Positions 43,409 through 57,177 of a DNA stretch of 64,000 bases are shown in pieces. Below the pieces are notes generated by a model. It was not told the origin of the DNA. It did no database searches and was given only the letters and a program-made list of their open reading frames with translations. The stretch's first letter is position 1, and every line of letters begins with the position of its first letter. Position numbers and translations under genes: made by a program. Source of the DNA: Octopus vulgaris. Lineage: Eukaryota. Where the stretch lies: contig OX597821.1 in the NCBI GenBank assembly GCA_951406725.2, positions 4,526,001 through 4,590,000 on the forward strand, read 5' to 3'.

Positions 43409-43412
<4 letters not shown>
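42721..43412. mobile_element. RTE-clade LINE 3' portion with 5' inversion (42721-43073 minus, ~43076-43412 plus)
   Basis: Minus part: VLSTLLYGSETWT..HLRCLRKILRIKWQ..LGHVSRMKDGRIPK..GRPLLRFKDVCKRD. Plus part continues ACNINISGWEAVAGNRGDWR...YICGTCQRECLSRIGLNSHSRKC* and ends in a (CAAC)n tail. (TA)n on both sides. Confidence 0.92.
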
Positions 43413-43453
<41 letters not shown>

Positions 43454-43474
<21 letters not shown>

Positions 43475-43668
43475 GGGATTGCCTGACTGGCCCCCGTGCA
43501 TGTGGCACGTAAAAAGCACTCACTACACTCTCTGAGTGGTTGGCGTCAGGAAGGGCATCCAGCTGTAGAAACTCTGCCAGATCAAGACTGGAGTCTGGTG
43601 CAGCCATCCGGTTGCCAGTCCTCAGTCAAAACCGTCCAACAAATACTAGTATGGAAAACGGACGTTAA

Positions 43669-43708
<40 letters not shown>
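43454..43708 (+). mobile_element. SINE 3' portion with (ATG)n tail
   Basis: GGTTGGCGTCAGGAAGGGCATCCAGCTGTAGAAAC core, ending in GGACGTTAAATGATGATG, a tandem-repeat tail typical of RTE partners. Confidence 0.75.
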
Positions 43709-43709
<1 letters not shown>

Positions 43710-44399
43710 ATATGTATGTATATATGTACTCGCTTCATTTCTCACCAAATCTGCCCTATATATTCTCCATGTTCTTCCTTTTAATATCAACAAAAGAGGA
43801 AAAAATTTCTTAACAAGAATTTCATTTCACTGCGAAATTAAACACCAATGTTTCTAAAATAAATTACTCTTGCATTTTGATCTCCTTCTCTCAAAACATT
43901 GTTATAACGAATGTTATCTCATATTCTGCAGTCATTTCCCGAACGACTCCAATTCTGTACAAACACAATGAAAATGTTTTCAGTATCTTGTTTAATGATA
44001 TTATCGTTTGAAAATATTAAAAATTTTCAAGTTCTACATTGTAATTGAAGAATTTTAGGCTATGGGTCATAAGTAGAAAATTAAATATATATAAATGTAT
44101 AAAGAAGGAAAATAAAATTAAATGTTAAAAATGAAGCAAAGAAACGTAAGAAAACGGTAAAAAAAGATATGCAACATCATTGTTCGCTATTCGAATCTAT
44201 TTGAATTGAAATAGGTATCAAGGAAGATGCACATGGGTCCTGATTGACTATATGTAGTTATAGCAGTCTTTACATGTCGGAGGGATCTAGCGTATATACA
44301 TATATACACACAAGAATACGCGCGCGCACACACACACACACACACTCACACAAGAATACGCGCACAAACACATACGCAAGCATGGATATTTACATTATT

Positions 44400-44419
44400 G
44401 ATCAATGATGATGATGATA

Positions 44420-44450
<31 letters not shown>

Positions 44451-44529
44451 CGATGACGATGATGACGATGGCGATGATGACGATGATGATGATGACGATG
44501 ATGATGATGATGACGATGATGATGATGAC

Positions 44530-44566
<37 letters not shown>

Positions 44567-44600
44567 TTGATGGTGACGCTGATGATGATGATGATGAGGA
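44400..44600. repeat. (GAT/GAC)n microsatellite
   Basis: Directly visible; source of the poly-D/M/H/I ORFs. Confidence 0.97.
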
Positions 44601-46530
44601 AGATAAGGGGGAGGAGGATCATAATGGAGACGATTATGATGTACACGGTGGGTACACATTGCCGATATGCACTGTCATCTTAGCACGAGTACTGCAGTAA
44701 TTTATCAACGCTCTTTTACGGGAAGCATAACATATAGTTGGCAATTGTAATTTCATTCTATCTTGATTGCACATACCGGATTTTTGTTGAAATGCGAGGC
44801 TATTCGCCACCTCAGTGAATATTGTATTCAATGATTCATATATCGGAGGCGTAGAATTCACCTTGAAGCACGTATAATTCATTGAAGAGATGCAGCGGGC
44901 GAAATGCGTCTGGCATGCCCTCACACTCTTGCTGGGTCCTTTTATCGTCTCACTCCGATATTTATTGCATTTTTAACACTACACATCTGTGGAAGATGTG
45001 AGTATCAGGGCGAATACTAGACTAAACGCCCAATCGACTGTCTATGCATATTATCTATGATAAGTGCACGACTACTTTCATTTAATATTGCTTCAATCTC
45101 TTATACCAGATGTTTATTCAGCCGGGTGTCTATTTGCAACACCAGTGAATGTATTATTCACCGTTCGTGTATTGGAAGCAACTCAATTGCATATCCCGCT
45201 CCCGTATGCCAAATTTCCTTCATTTGCGCCGTTGTAGTCTGTCTATATCAACGAATACTGAGATAGATGAAGGTGAAATACACCGTGACACGATTACATA
45301 GATGGATATCAAAAGGAAAGAGAGAAGCATGAGAGAGTTACCATCTCTCTGTACTTCTCTCTGTACATATGCACATATAAATGTGCATATACGTATGTAT
45401 GCATGTGTGTACGTACGGACGTATGTATGTATGTATATATGCATGTATGTATGCATGTATGTGAGTGGGTGAGTGCGTATCTTCATGCGTGCCGATTATA
45501 AATGTGTGCGTTTCTATGTGTTTCATTGATTGATGTATGAAGTCGGTACGTAGAAGAACACTTCTGTCTGTATATGCATCTACGCCGATTCATTTCCTCG
45601 CTATCCTTTTTCTTACTTTTGATATCATCTATCGCAGTACCGCTCCCTCTAGCCATTCTTTCATGAGTTGTTTAGAGAATGAAATTCCTCGGTCTTAATT
45701 TTATTACACAATGATCTACTACTCGCTCCTTGCATTCCATCTCCTACACTGTCTCACCACTTTCTCCTCCTCGCCTTTCTTCCTCTCTCACACAGAAACT
45801 CTCTGTCTGTATGTCCCTCCTTTTCTCTTTTGACAGCAATGATCTTAACTATCTTACTAAGATCCGCTATTTTTCAAAGGGAAACTTTAAAGAAGAATCG
45901 TGGCTCAATGCAACGATATATCGACATTAAATAGAATTTTCTGAAAAGAGGTTGACAACATTCCTGAAGGAAAAGAAATTTAGAATTGCAAGGAGATAAA
46001 AATCAATACCGAAGAAATTCGAGACTTTAAATAAATAGGGAAACCAGAGTGATTTTACCGATGCTTTTTGAAGATGGAACAACAAAATAAAAATACAAGG
46101 AAAAAGAATGGTAAAAGGAAAAGGGTAGGATGTGACGTGAGTGTTGGAAAATAGAAAAGGGAATAAACCTGATAAAGAGAGATATGTCTGTTAAATTAAA
46201 GGAAATTATTCGGGGAAGAGAATGTTGGATCTTCAGTATTCTCTAATCACATCAGACTCTACGTAGATTGCTTTCGCTCTCAATGGCCGTCACTATAGAG
46301 GTGTTCGTGTGTGTATTGTCAGGTTGCGTCTATAGCATGACTGTTACTGTGTGGTTGTGTGTGATTGCGTGTCTGAGTAAATGAATGCTTCAGTGCATGT
46401 ATGTATGTGTGGTTTTGTTTGTGCTAGTCTGATAAGATGTGCAGATACTCAGAGATATGCAGATATGGAGAACATTTAGATAACTATAAAGTTGAAAGCA
46501 TACATTATACACACACACATACATATGCGC

Positions 46531-46571
<41 letters not shown>

Positions 46572-46620
46572 TCTAAATACGCATGTATATGTATATACTT
46601 GTATATATATCTTTATATAA

Positions 46621-46684
<64 letters not shown>

Positions 46685-46839
46685 AAGAGACTGTATGAGA
46701 GACAGACAGACACACATATATATAGACACACAGGCAGACAGAAAAAAAGATAGTATGTGAGTATGTGAGAAAGAGACCGATTTATACAATGACAGCTTAC
46801 CACGAAGATATATAAGATGTTGTATCTGTACAGGAACAG

Positions 46840-46987
<148 letters not shown>

Positions 46988-47627
46988 GAAGTGACGGGGA
47001 TCCGTTAAAGTTTTCATTGGAGAAGTTTCGTTCAATGTGTTGGAAGAAATAAGAAAAGAATTGTAGCACAGGAGGAACAAGGTTTAACATATTAGTTATT
47101 TACAAATAAAGCCTAATGCTTTAACTCGAAGAGAACGTTTCGTAACCGTAGTTCTTCCTCAGAAAAGAAGCCAGAGAACCTGAGCGGAAAAGCAAGATAG
47201 TGTCAGAGAAAATAACTGGAGAAAGTATATGACATCTAGAGGAAAGTGCTATACTAAAGGAGGAAGATTTCTGAAAGCAGAGTGTTCCGCTGTGGAGAAG
47301 CAAATATATGTGTATATCCATATCTGAAAGTGGGTTTAATGTAGGGGCTAATGTGTGTGTTTAAGTGAGGTGTGTGTTTATGTGTAAAACTGTGCAATTG
47401 CTAAAGATTACGAAGCTGAGTTTGTGTGTGTGCGTGTGAGACGTTGATTTTTTTCTCCAATCGCGAAGTCGTTGCTTCGAATGGAGGAATGTAGGGTACT
47501 AGTGTGAGCGAAAAAGATATGGTAAAGAACTGATTAAAGTGGCAGGAGCAGTGCCTCATCATAGATTACTTACAATTTTCTACCATATACATCCTCACAG
47601 TTAAGGTTAGTTGGTATATGTACGTAT

Positions 47628-48230
47628 GTCATTATTCAATTTTATTTCAAGATTTCTTGCCAATAGAGAAAGAGCCGGTTTCTAATCTAGATGTAAAGCT
47701 CCTTCATTGGAATTTCAACAAAATCAAGAGGGCATTTTTGTATGTATATTTGTGAGTATGTATGTATGTATAGTAGTAGGTAGGTTAGGGAGGGAGGTAT
47801 ATGTGTAGATTTGAGTGTTTTGTTTCATGTATGCATTCTCATGCATAGAGCTACATGTTAAGACATGCTCATACGTACGTAAATGATAAACTTCTATAAA
47901 GGTGTACATATTTTTTGCGGTTGTAAAATTACACCAGTGATCGCTTCTGCCTGTAGTCTTCGAATCAGCTTTCTCCTTTCTGATTTTGAGAAGCTTAATT
48001 CCTCAAGATTGGTATTTAGGTAGTGTGTTACATATTCCGGTGCCCCAATGACTACAAGTATAAACCCGATCGTGTAATCTGGCTAGAATAAATGTAGATT
48101 TCTCAATAGTTCAGCGTAGGTATCTTCTTTTTCGCTGGTCTTGAGCTTTATTTTAACATCCGCCGGGCAGCTGATTTACACAACTGCACGCAGTTTCTCA
48201 TCTCTATCACATACTATGTGTTCTAAACAA
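47628..48230 (-). mobile_element. RLE-type (R4/R2-group) LINE 3' end: endonuclease relic plus probable 3' UTR
   Basis: Minus translation HIVCDRDEKLRAVV*ISCPADVKIKLKTSEKEDTYAELLRNLHLF*PDY..VVIGAPEYVT..LIRRLQAEAITG (about 48220->47930). Confidence 0.8.
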
Positions 48231-48469
48231 CAGTGAAGTTGATGAAGGAAGTACATACCCGAGGGTGTGACTGCTGGTCATTTTGTTTTTGGAGTGTTTC
48301 TTAATTTTCGTGTATTTTTGTGGTTGAGAATGTATGTGTAAAAATAGGTCTTTTGATGAAGACGTTGATGTTGATGTTGATTTGTTTTTAGATTTTTGTG
48401 ACAGATTTTGTTTTTACCGTCAATTCTTAGGACCTTCAATATGAGATGGTCTCTGATTGGTTTATATCC

Positions 48470-48925
48470 AGTCGTTTTGTGATCTCTCACAAAGGCCTTT
48501 TAGTGCAAAGTCAACACGGACTTTCGTATTGCGACGCCTGAGATGGAGGAAGGAGGCAGATACGAGGTAATAGTTTTTCCCCCACACTAAGGAGTTGGTA
48601 GTAACGGTGGAGAGTTTCCTACTCTCTCCAACGTGGGACAAAATGCTTTGAGGTGGTTGAAATACCCCCACACAAACACTCCTGTTTTTTTTTCCTTCTA
48701 GAGAAACTGATATGTGTTCGCATTCCTCAAAAGAGAAAAAATGGGAAATGCGATTTATTTCCTTCTGGAGAGACTACTATCTGCAATTTCATTATTATTC
48801 CAGTCCTGTTGAGTTGTGGGGAGGATTTTACTTCCACAATCTCCCCATACTCCTCCAGAATGACTAGAATGTTCTTGACTCGAATTCGTGTCAACCGTTT
48901 ATCCATGTAATGGAGATGCATTGCA
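48470..48925 (-). pseudogene. L1/Tx1-like ORF1 relic with degenerate zinc knuckle
   Basis: TRIRVKNI..LEEYGEIVEV, then across small indels EGKK.ECLC.GYFNHLKAFCP (CCHC-like). Confidence 0.55.
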
Positions 48926-48949
48926 AAAGCCAGGAACGTGCAAGTTATA

Positions 48950-49293
48950 CTCTTACTCTTTTTACTCTTTTTCTCGTTTCAGTCATGTGAAGTTGATCCC
49001 AGGACTTATTTTTTCTAAGCCTAGTACTTATTTTATCTGTTCATTTACCGAACCACTAAGTTACGGGGACGTAAACACAGCAGCATCGGTTGTCAAGCGA
49101 TGTTGGCGGATCAAACACACAAACATATACAAATACATACATACATATATACGACGGCTTCTTTCAGTTTCCCTCTACCAAATTCACCCACAAGAATTTT
49201 GCCGGCCCGAGGCTATATCAGAAGACACTTGCGCGAGGTGCCACGCAGTGGGACTGAACCCGGAACCATGTGGTTCTTAAGCAAGCCACTCCT
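48950..49293 (-). mobile_element. tRNA-derived SINE
   Basis: Minus-strand head with GGTTCAGTCCCACTGCGTGGCACC. Internal CTTCTTTCAGTTTCC.TCTACCAAA shared with 51128-51495 and, on the opposite strand, 20330-20455 and 40800-40950. Confidence 0.85.
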
Positions 49294-49479
49294 ACGCATA
49301 TTCTTCTGGTTTCTTGCTCACTGATGCATATAGCATCGTCCTTCCCCTGCCAGAGTAGAAATTTAAGTTTCCTCTCATTGCGAGAAACGCATTTTTATTT
49401 CTATGGCCTACCAATGTGTATAGTGAATTTCTCAGCCAAGACACCTGGCGAGAAATGGAAACAAAATTCTAAGATGACA

Positions 49480-49494
49480 ATAGTAGTAGTAGTT

Positions 49495-49564
<70 letters not shown>

Positions 49565-49602
49565 CAGTGGTGGTGGTGGTGGTGGTGGTGGTGGTGGTGG
49601 TG
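49480..49602. repeat. (GTA)n/(GTG)n microsatellite
   Basis: Directly visible. Confidence 0.97.
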
Positions 49603-49875
49603 ATAAAAAGAAGAAAAGGAGAAGCAGGCAGATGTGGTAATTTAAGATTCTCTTTTGTGTGATGTATGTAATACTTAAAACACAATATTTATTAATATTA
49701 TTAAAAGATCAGATATCCTGTAAGAATTTAGATGTGAATAAGTACGAACTTAAAAGGTGTAAACAAAATAAAGGTAACAGGAGATAGGACATAAAATTTA
49801 CTTCTCAAATTGATTTATGCGACATTGAATATACGAACGTAGGTAAAATACATACATACATATATGCATATATAC

Positions 49876-49910
<35 letters not shown>

Positions 49911-50002
49911 CATTATTATTATTATTGTTATTATTATTATTGTTATTATTATTATTATTTTATTATTATTATAATTATTATTATTAGTAGTATTATTATT
50001 AA

Positions 50003-50076
<74 letters not shown>

Positions 50077-50475
50077 GCTGATCATTTATAGAAATTCATT
50101 TCAGCGACAATAGAAAACGAATCGAGACGAGACATTGGTAGGAGAGGAAAAACGATATCTAAAGAGTTGGCAGAGAGAGAGAGAGAAATCACATTGTTGA
50201 AGGCGTAAGATGAAAAATAGATATATTAAAAAAAAAAACAAGTAGTCTGTTAGCATTCTTTGTCTTATTTATTTTGTTTTTATCTATTTTTTTGTATTCT
50301 CTTGTTGATATCTCATTATGCAGGAATATATCTTTATGAAAATGGTATTACCTCCGATAAAAATGTGTTACAATTATTCTATATTATCTGTCTATTTTTT
50401 TTTATCTGATATCAAAACAGTGATAAATCAATGTTAGAAGTGAGAATATCATATCATATCATATGTGTATGTATG

Positions 50476-50558
<83 letters not shown>

Positions 50559-51127
50559 ATACATACATATATATATATACACATATATATAACTATATAT
50601 TTATGTATAAATGTATATCCACATATATATACACACACACATATATATATATATGTGTGTGTGTGTATGAATATATATGCATATATATATATGTGTGTGT
50701 ATGTGTATGTATATAGCCATCTACACAGGTTACATACGTCTCTGTGTCTTTTTATTTCTTATGCCTGCGTCTCTATTTACTTATCTTTGTTCCTTTTTAT
50801 GCATGTTCGTAAAATTGTAGGTACGTTTACAAGACTTTGTCTATATCTATGAATATACACCTTGTAAAATATATTTCATACGGAGATTATAGTATATTAT
50901 ACACGTTATTATGTCTCTACACTACATTTGTTTTACAAAAGAAAATTTACTTATTATCTTTCCTTTTCCTTGAGGTTAGCAATGAAACTGATAAATTTCT
51001 GGAAGATTTTCTTCTTTACCTGAAATTTCTGCACGCAAAGAAAGAAAAGATTTACACCGCCATATTAGGATTCAAAAAAAGGGGGACGCTAAGACATATC
51101 ATCTATGACAGACTACAAAAGCTATTG

Positions 51128-51495
51128 TGTCAGTCATTTGACTGCGGCCATGCTGGAGTACCGCCCTGAATAAGTTTTAGTCGAGCGAATGGACTCCAGT
51201 ACATTTTTTACAAGCCTGATCCCTGGTATTATTCTAACGATCCCTTTTGTAAACACACCAACACCGGTTTTCAAGTGGTGATGCAGAAGACGGAGACAGA
51301 AAGTCATACACATAGATATATAGAAGCATAAGTATATTGTGTGCGTGTGTGTGGGGGGTGTATACAGGATTGACTTCTTTCAGTTACCGTCTACCAAAAT
51401 CACTCACAAGGATTTGGTCGGCTCGAGGCTAAAGTAGAAGAGAATTGCCATATGACTGAGAAGCGACCGCTTTACCACACAACCAAGCTGGCACA
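51128..51495 (-). mobile_element. tRNA-derived SINE, diverged
   Basis: Same family as 48950-49293 and 42541-42604. Confidence 0.8.
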
Positions 51496-51960
51496 TATAG
51501 CCACACCTTACAATTGGTTAGAAAATAGAAGCAGATACTTTGTAATGCAGTGATAATTGATGCACTATTCATGAAAGCTTCAGGCAATACATTTTATCAT
51601 AACTTTGCCTTCATCAAGTATGAGACACTGATAAAAAACCACAGAAATGTTGTCATTTTATACTCTATATACGTTGGTAGATTCCAACCGAAACTCTTTG
51701 TAACGCTACCCCCGCACAATTTTTTTATGTATGTTGCTTCAGATGTGCATACGCGCCACAAGCAAGAGTTTGCACCACGTCTTGAATTTGCAGTAAATCA
51801 CTAAATCATCCATAACCTTTGTATTATTCTCTCAAATTACACCAAAATTCCAGACACTAACAATTAATATCGTATTTATAAAAACTTATACCTTTGATAA
51901 AAACTTATACCTACTTTTCTGACGAAAATAATGCCGTTCTGAACATCTTGGCTGCAACTG

Positions 51961-51992
<32 letters not shown>

Positions 51993-52180
51993 ACCCATGA
52001 TTGATTCCTAGCCACTAAACTTTTTTTTTAATTTTCTCTTGCTGCTTATTTCTGTATTCATTTCTGTCGATGTGCGTATGCTGGAAACCTATAAGACTTT
52101 CTCACTTCCCGAGCGTTAAACTAATATATCTGTGTGTTGTTTACACACCTGTCTTCGGCATTCTTTGTTTTGTTTTTTGT

Positions 52181-52927
<747 letters not shown>

Positions 52928-53206
52928 ATATATTTTCATACACATATATATATATATCCGTTACGCATATATATTCATACACATATATATATATATCCGT
53001 TACGCATATATATTCATACACATATATATATATATCGAATATATATATTCATACACATATATATATATATCGACATGTTAAGGCCCCGCATTGCTTAGGA
53101 ATAAGCAAAAGTTTGTTAATTAAAATATATTTCTAACATATTCCAACTAATGTAAGGAAACACATAGATATATCAGTGTGTGTTTTATGTAATTATATAC
53201 ATATAG

Positions 53207-53291
<85 letters not shown>

Positions 53292-53550
53292 TATTCGAGA
53301 CAAAACCACTATTTTAAAACCAAACAAGGAAAGACTTAATCAATACATAAAATTTTAATATAAATTAAATAAACCGCCACTACAATTGTTTCATGTCTGC
53401 TACCAACATGTAAATATCTTCAACGCGCCCACCACCCGATTTCAACATACATTGATAAACAGTTTGGCCATGGGCTCTTATGAGCCTCCTCGTTCGATTT
53501 TTTTTTGCTGCGCCTCTGTTCTGTTTTTGTTCTGCCAACGGAATTCCTAT

Positions 53551-53633
53551 TTCTTCCTGAAGAGAAAGACACAATATGGTCTCCTTATTCAATCGGAATT
53601 TGGTAAATTGTGGCTTTCGAAACACGTGTAGAA
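53551..53633 (+). ncRNA. Type I hammerhead ribozyme motif (PLE-like) with intact core
   Basis: ttc-CTGAAGA (53557-53563); stem II GAAAGACACAAT/ATTGTGGCTTTC (11 of 12 pairs); GAAA (53619-53622); palindromic stem III ACACGTGT; GTA triplet; stem I ttc/gaa. Confidence 0.75.
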
Positions 53634-53993
53634 TGCAATAAAAGGATTTCTGTTCAATCTTCGTTCAACTCCATTTCTTCAATTCACTAATAATATTAAA
53701 ATTCAATTATCCGCACCAACGCACGGTTGCAACACCATATGGTTGTACCTCCAACCGTGCTTTCTTCTGCTGTGATTTTTGCGACCAAGGTATCGGTTAA
53801 ACTTTTGATTAATCTGCAACAAGATTATTCATCTTTCTATTTCACCAAATATATATATATATATATATACCGGGGGAAGCACATAAAAATGAAACAAGGT
53901 TGAAAGCAAGAGTACTCAATACTAAAGGTAGAGTAAAATACTTTATTTAAAAGCAGCAGAAATATAACAAATGCTATTACTCTGAGTTTCAAA

Positions 53994-54031
53994 CTGTCCG
54001 ACGAACGGGAGCGTGAAACTCTGAGTAACAG
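53994..54031 (+). ncRNA. Minimal hammerhead ribozyme motif with one core substitution
   Basis: ctgt-CCGACGA-acg(ggag)cgt-GAAA-ctctgag-TA-acag. Stem I ctgt/acag, stem II acg/cgt, quasi-palindromic stem III, GUA site. U4->C relative to CUGANGA. Confidence 0.65.
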
Positions 54032-54036
54032 TAAAA

Positions 54037-54259
54037 GGCGGCGAGCTGGCAGAAACGTTAGCACGCCGGGCGAAATGCGTAGCCGTATTTCGTCTGTTGT
54101 TACGTTCAAATTCCGCCGAGGTCGACTTTGCCTTTCATCCTTCCGGGGTCGATAAATTAAGTACCAGTTGCGTACTGGGGTCGATGTAATCGACTTAATC
54201 CCTTTGTCTGTCCTTGTTTGTCTCCTCTGTGTTTAGCCCCTTGTGGGTAGTTAAGAAAT
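54037..54259 (+). mobile_element. tRNA-derived SINE, full length (family of 11416-11996)
   Basis: GGCGGCGAGCTGGCAGAAACGTTAGC head, GTTCAAATTCC B box, Meta-like core. Flanked by AACAG (54027-54031 and 54261-54265), a candidate target-site duplication. Confidence 0.92.
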
Positions 54260-54423
54260 CAACAGCTTTTGTTATAGTTCTGCTGCATTTAAATAAAGTA
54301 TATGTATATACTTTATTTATATAATTATATATATATATATTGAGCTATGTATATATGAATGTATGTGAAATTTCTGTGAAAAAGTAGTGGAGAATGATAT
54401 TTATGTATGTTTGTGAATACATA

Positions 54424-54496
<73 letters not shown>

Positions 54497-55294
54497 ACTA
54501 ATTAGTATGCATTCGTATATATGCACATACACAGAGCCGGATGTTAAATGTCCTGCCGGCGAGAACGTGTTTTTGTATGCATATGAAAAGCAGCGTCACC
54601 CTCCACCCATCGGAATTTTTCCAAAACGGCATTAGTTTTACCTTGAAAAGAAAACGTTGGAAACTTTCTGAACGCATCGTATACACATACGTATTTTCAT
54701 ACACACACAAACACGCACACACTGATGCATATATGTATATATATACGAACACATACAAACGCACATAAACGAACACATACGCACATACGTGTGCGCTACG
54801 CAAACACACACACACTCATATATGCGCTCATCTTGGTTCATTTTACAAAATTTGTCATTAGCCCTAATTATATGTTACTTTTCATTATGGCTGTAATTTT
54901 AGTTCATTACAAATATTTCCATATCTCATTACATAAAATAGATAGATTTTACATAGATATACTGGCTCCATACTGAAGGCACCACTGGAAATTCTTCCCA
55001 TATTACATAGAAAAAGTACTTTTTCAAAGTGGTTTTGTTTCAAATTTGTTCTTTTCTAAGATTGAACAAAGAATTAAAAAAATGGGGCAATATGTGTTAT
55101 TAGGAGTACAAACATATATTTCACAACAATCCAAATTAGGAAATTTATTCCTGGCAACATGTAAAGACAAAAATAAACCTTTCAATATATGGACAAAGGA
55201 TGAAACTAAACTTGTATGTGTGTATGCCTCTGCTTGTGTATCTGTACTTGAGTGAGTATTCTGTGTGTGTGTGCGTGTGATTATATATATGTAC

Positions 55295-55364
<70 letters not shown>

Positions 55365-55369
55365 ATATG

Positions 55370-55403
<34 letters not shown>

Positions 55404-56045
55404 TGTATATAAATAATGTTAACGCATAAAAATAATGAACATTTCAAAGCATATACAACGAATGAAGGTTATCAGATGCTTTGAGAAATGACAACAAAAT
55501 TAATGTTTGAAGCAAATTACAAGAGACAAACAGACAGACGCACGCAGCTTTCATTTCATATAAATATATAATTAAACTAGGAAAAACAACAAAGCAATGC
55601 ATAAAATATTCATATTTGTATGTATGTGTGTATATATATATATGGACAGATTGATAGATATATTATATATAAATATATGTACGTATATGTGTATATGTAT
55701 AGATATATAGATATATATATAAATATATATCACATATGCTTGCGTATATATGTATGTATGTGTATATGTATGTATGAATGTATGTTTGTATGTATGCACG
55801 TGTGTTTGTCTGTACATACGTATATGACAAAATTCAACAGAGACAAATATACTTCAGCATCTTAAAACATTTTCAAAACTAAAATGAACCAACATAAAAT
55901 ATATGTATGTGTGAATATTTGACAGAAGTCAAATCTACTTGAAAGATATCGTTCAAAGAACATAGAACATCTTTCGATTCCATTTGAGTACACACATATA
56001 TGATTAATAATTGAAAAGTAAGTTTTAACAAAAACTTGTAAAACA

Positions 56046-56105
<60 letters not shown>

Positions 56106-56408
56106 TGTGTGTATTTGTTTCTGTGATTGTGTTTGTTTGTGCGTGTGTGTATCACATAGGTAAAAATTGAAGCCTATAAGAGAAGAGGCCACGCATAAAT
56201 AGACAATATTGTATACACACACACATATATATGTGTGTGTGTGTAGATATACGGTTTTCATGTGCATACATGCAAATAGATACAGTTGCATAATTATTTA
56301 CACATATGTATGCCTATATATGTATGCATGTTACTATATTTATATACTACAAAGATATATATAACTACGATTTACAAACGTTTGTTAAAACTCATTTTTA
56401 ATTATACA

Positions 56409-56477
<69 letters not shown>

Positions 56478-57177
56478 GAAGAGAGAGAAAGATAGATAGA
56501 AAAGAAAGATAGAAAAAAGAAAGAAAGAAAGGGAGAAAGGGAGAAAGTGAGAGGGAGATGAATATATTTGCTATTGATTCTTATTAACTTATTAAACGAA
56601 AGGTTAGAATCGTATAACTATTATTCTCGCGGTTCTAGAGTAATACCTTTACTGTTATAAGTTTTCAATCTTTAGTTCCCCATCATTTTGTTAAAAAAGC
56701 TATTTTGTCATCATTTCTGAAGATCTTTTCTGGTGAATCATTAACAATAACTGTAACTCAAATATTTGGCAACAGTTAAGCGTTTACAATATTCACAATA
56801 GACCTATAATCCTCATTTGCCTTATATCTTCCCTATCTTCGTGGGTTAGTTTGAATCTTATATTAGAAACAAGACACGAAATGTATTCTCTCTATAAGGA
56901 CACCATGTTTATGCTTCGTTTGTTTTATGCAGTTTAGCGTCCCTGATTTTAAAGGTAAATAAAATGACCTGAGATATGTTTGACTGCACCTTACATTTGA
57001 CATCGAGAATATGGTAACACTAGTAGTTATCTATCCACAGCAGAAACCTAGTAGTTGTTGTAGTAGTAGTAGTTGCAGCAGCAGCAACAGCAGTTGTTGT
57101 TGTTGCTGCTGTTATTCTTGCAGTCGGTGTCGTAAACGTGCTTTCATTTTTATATAAATAAGATTTAGATGTCATTA

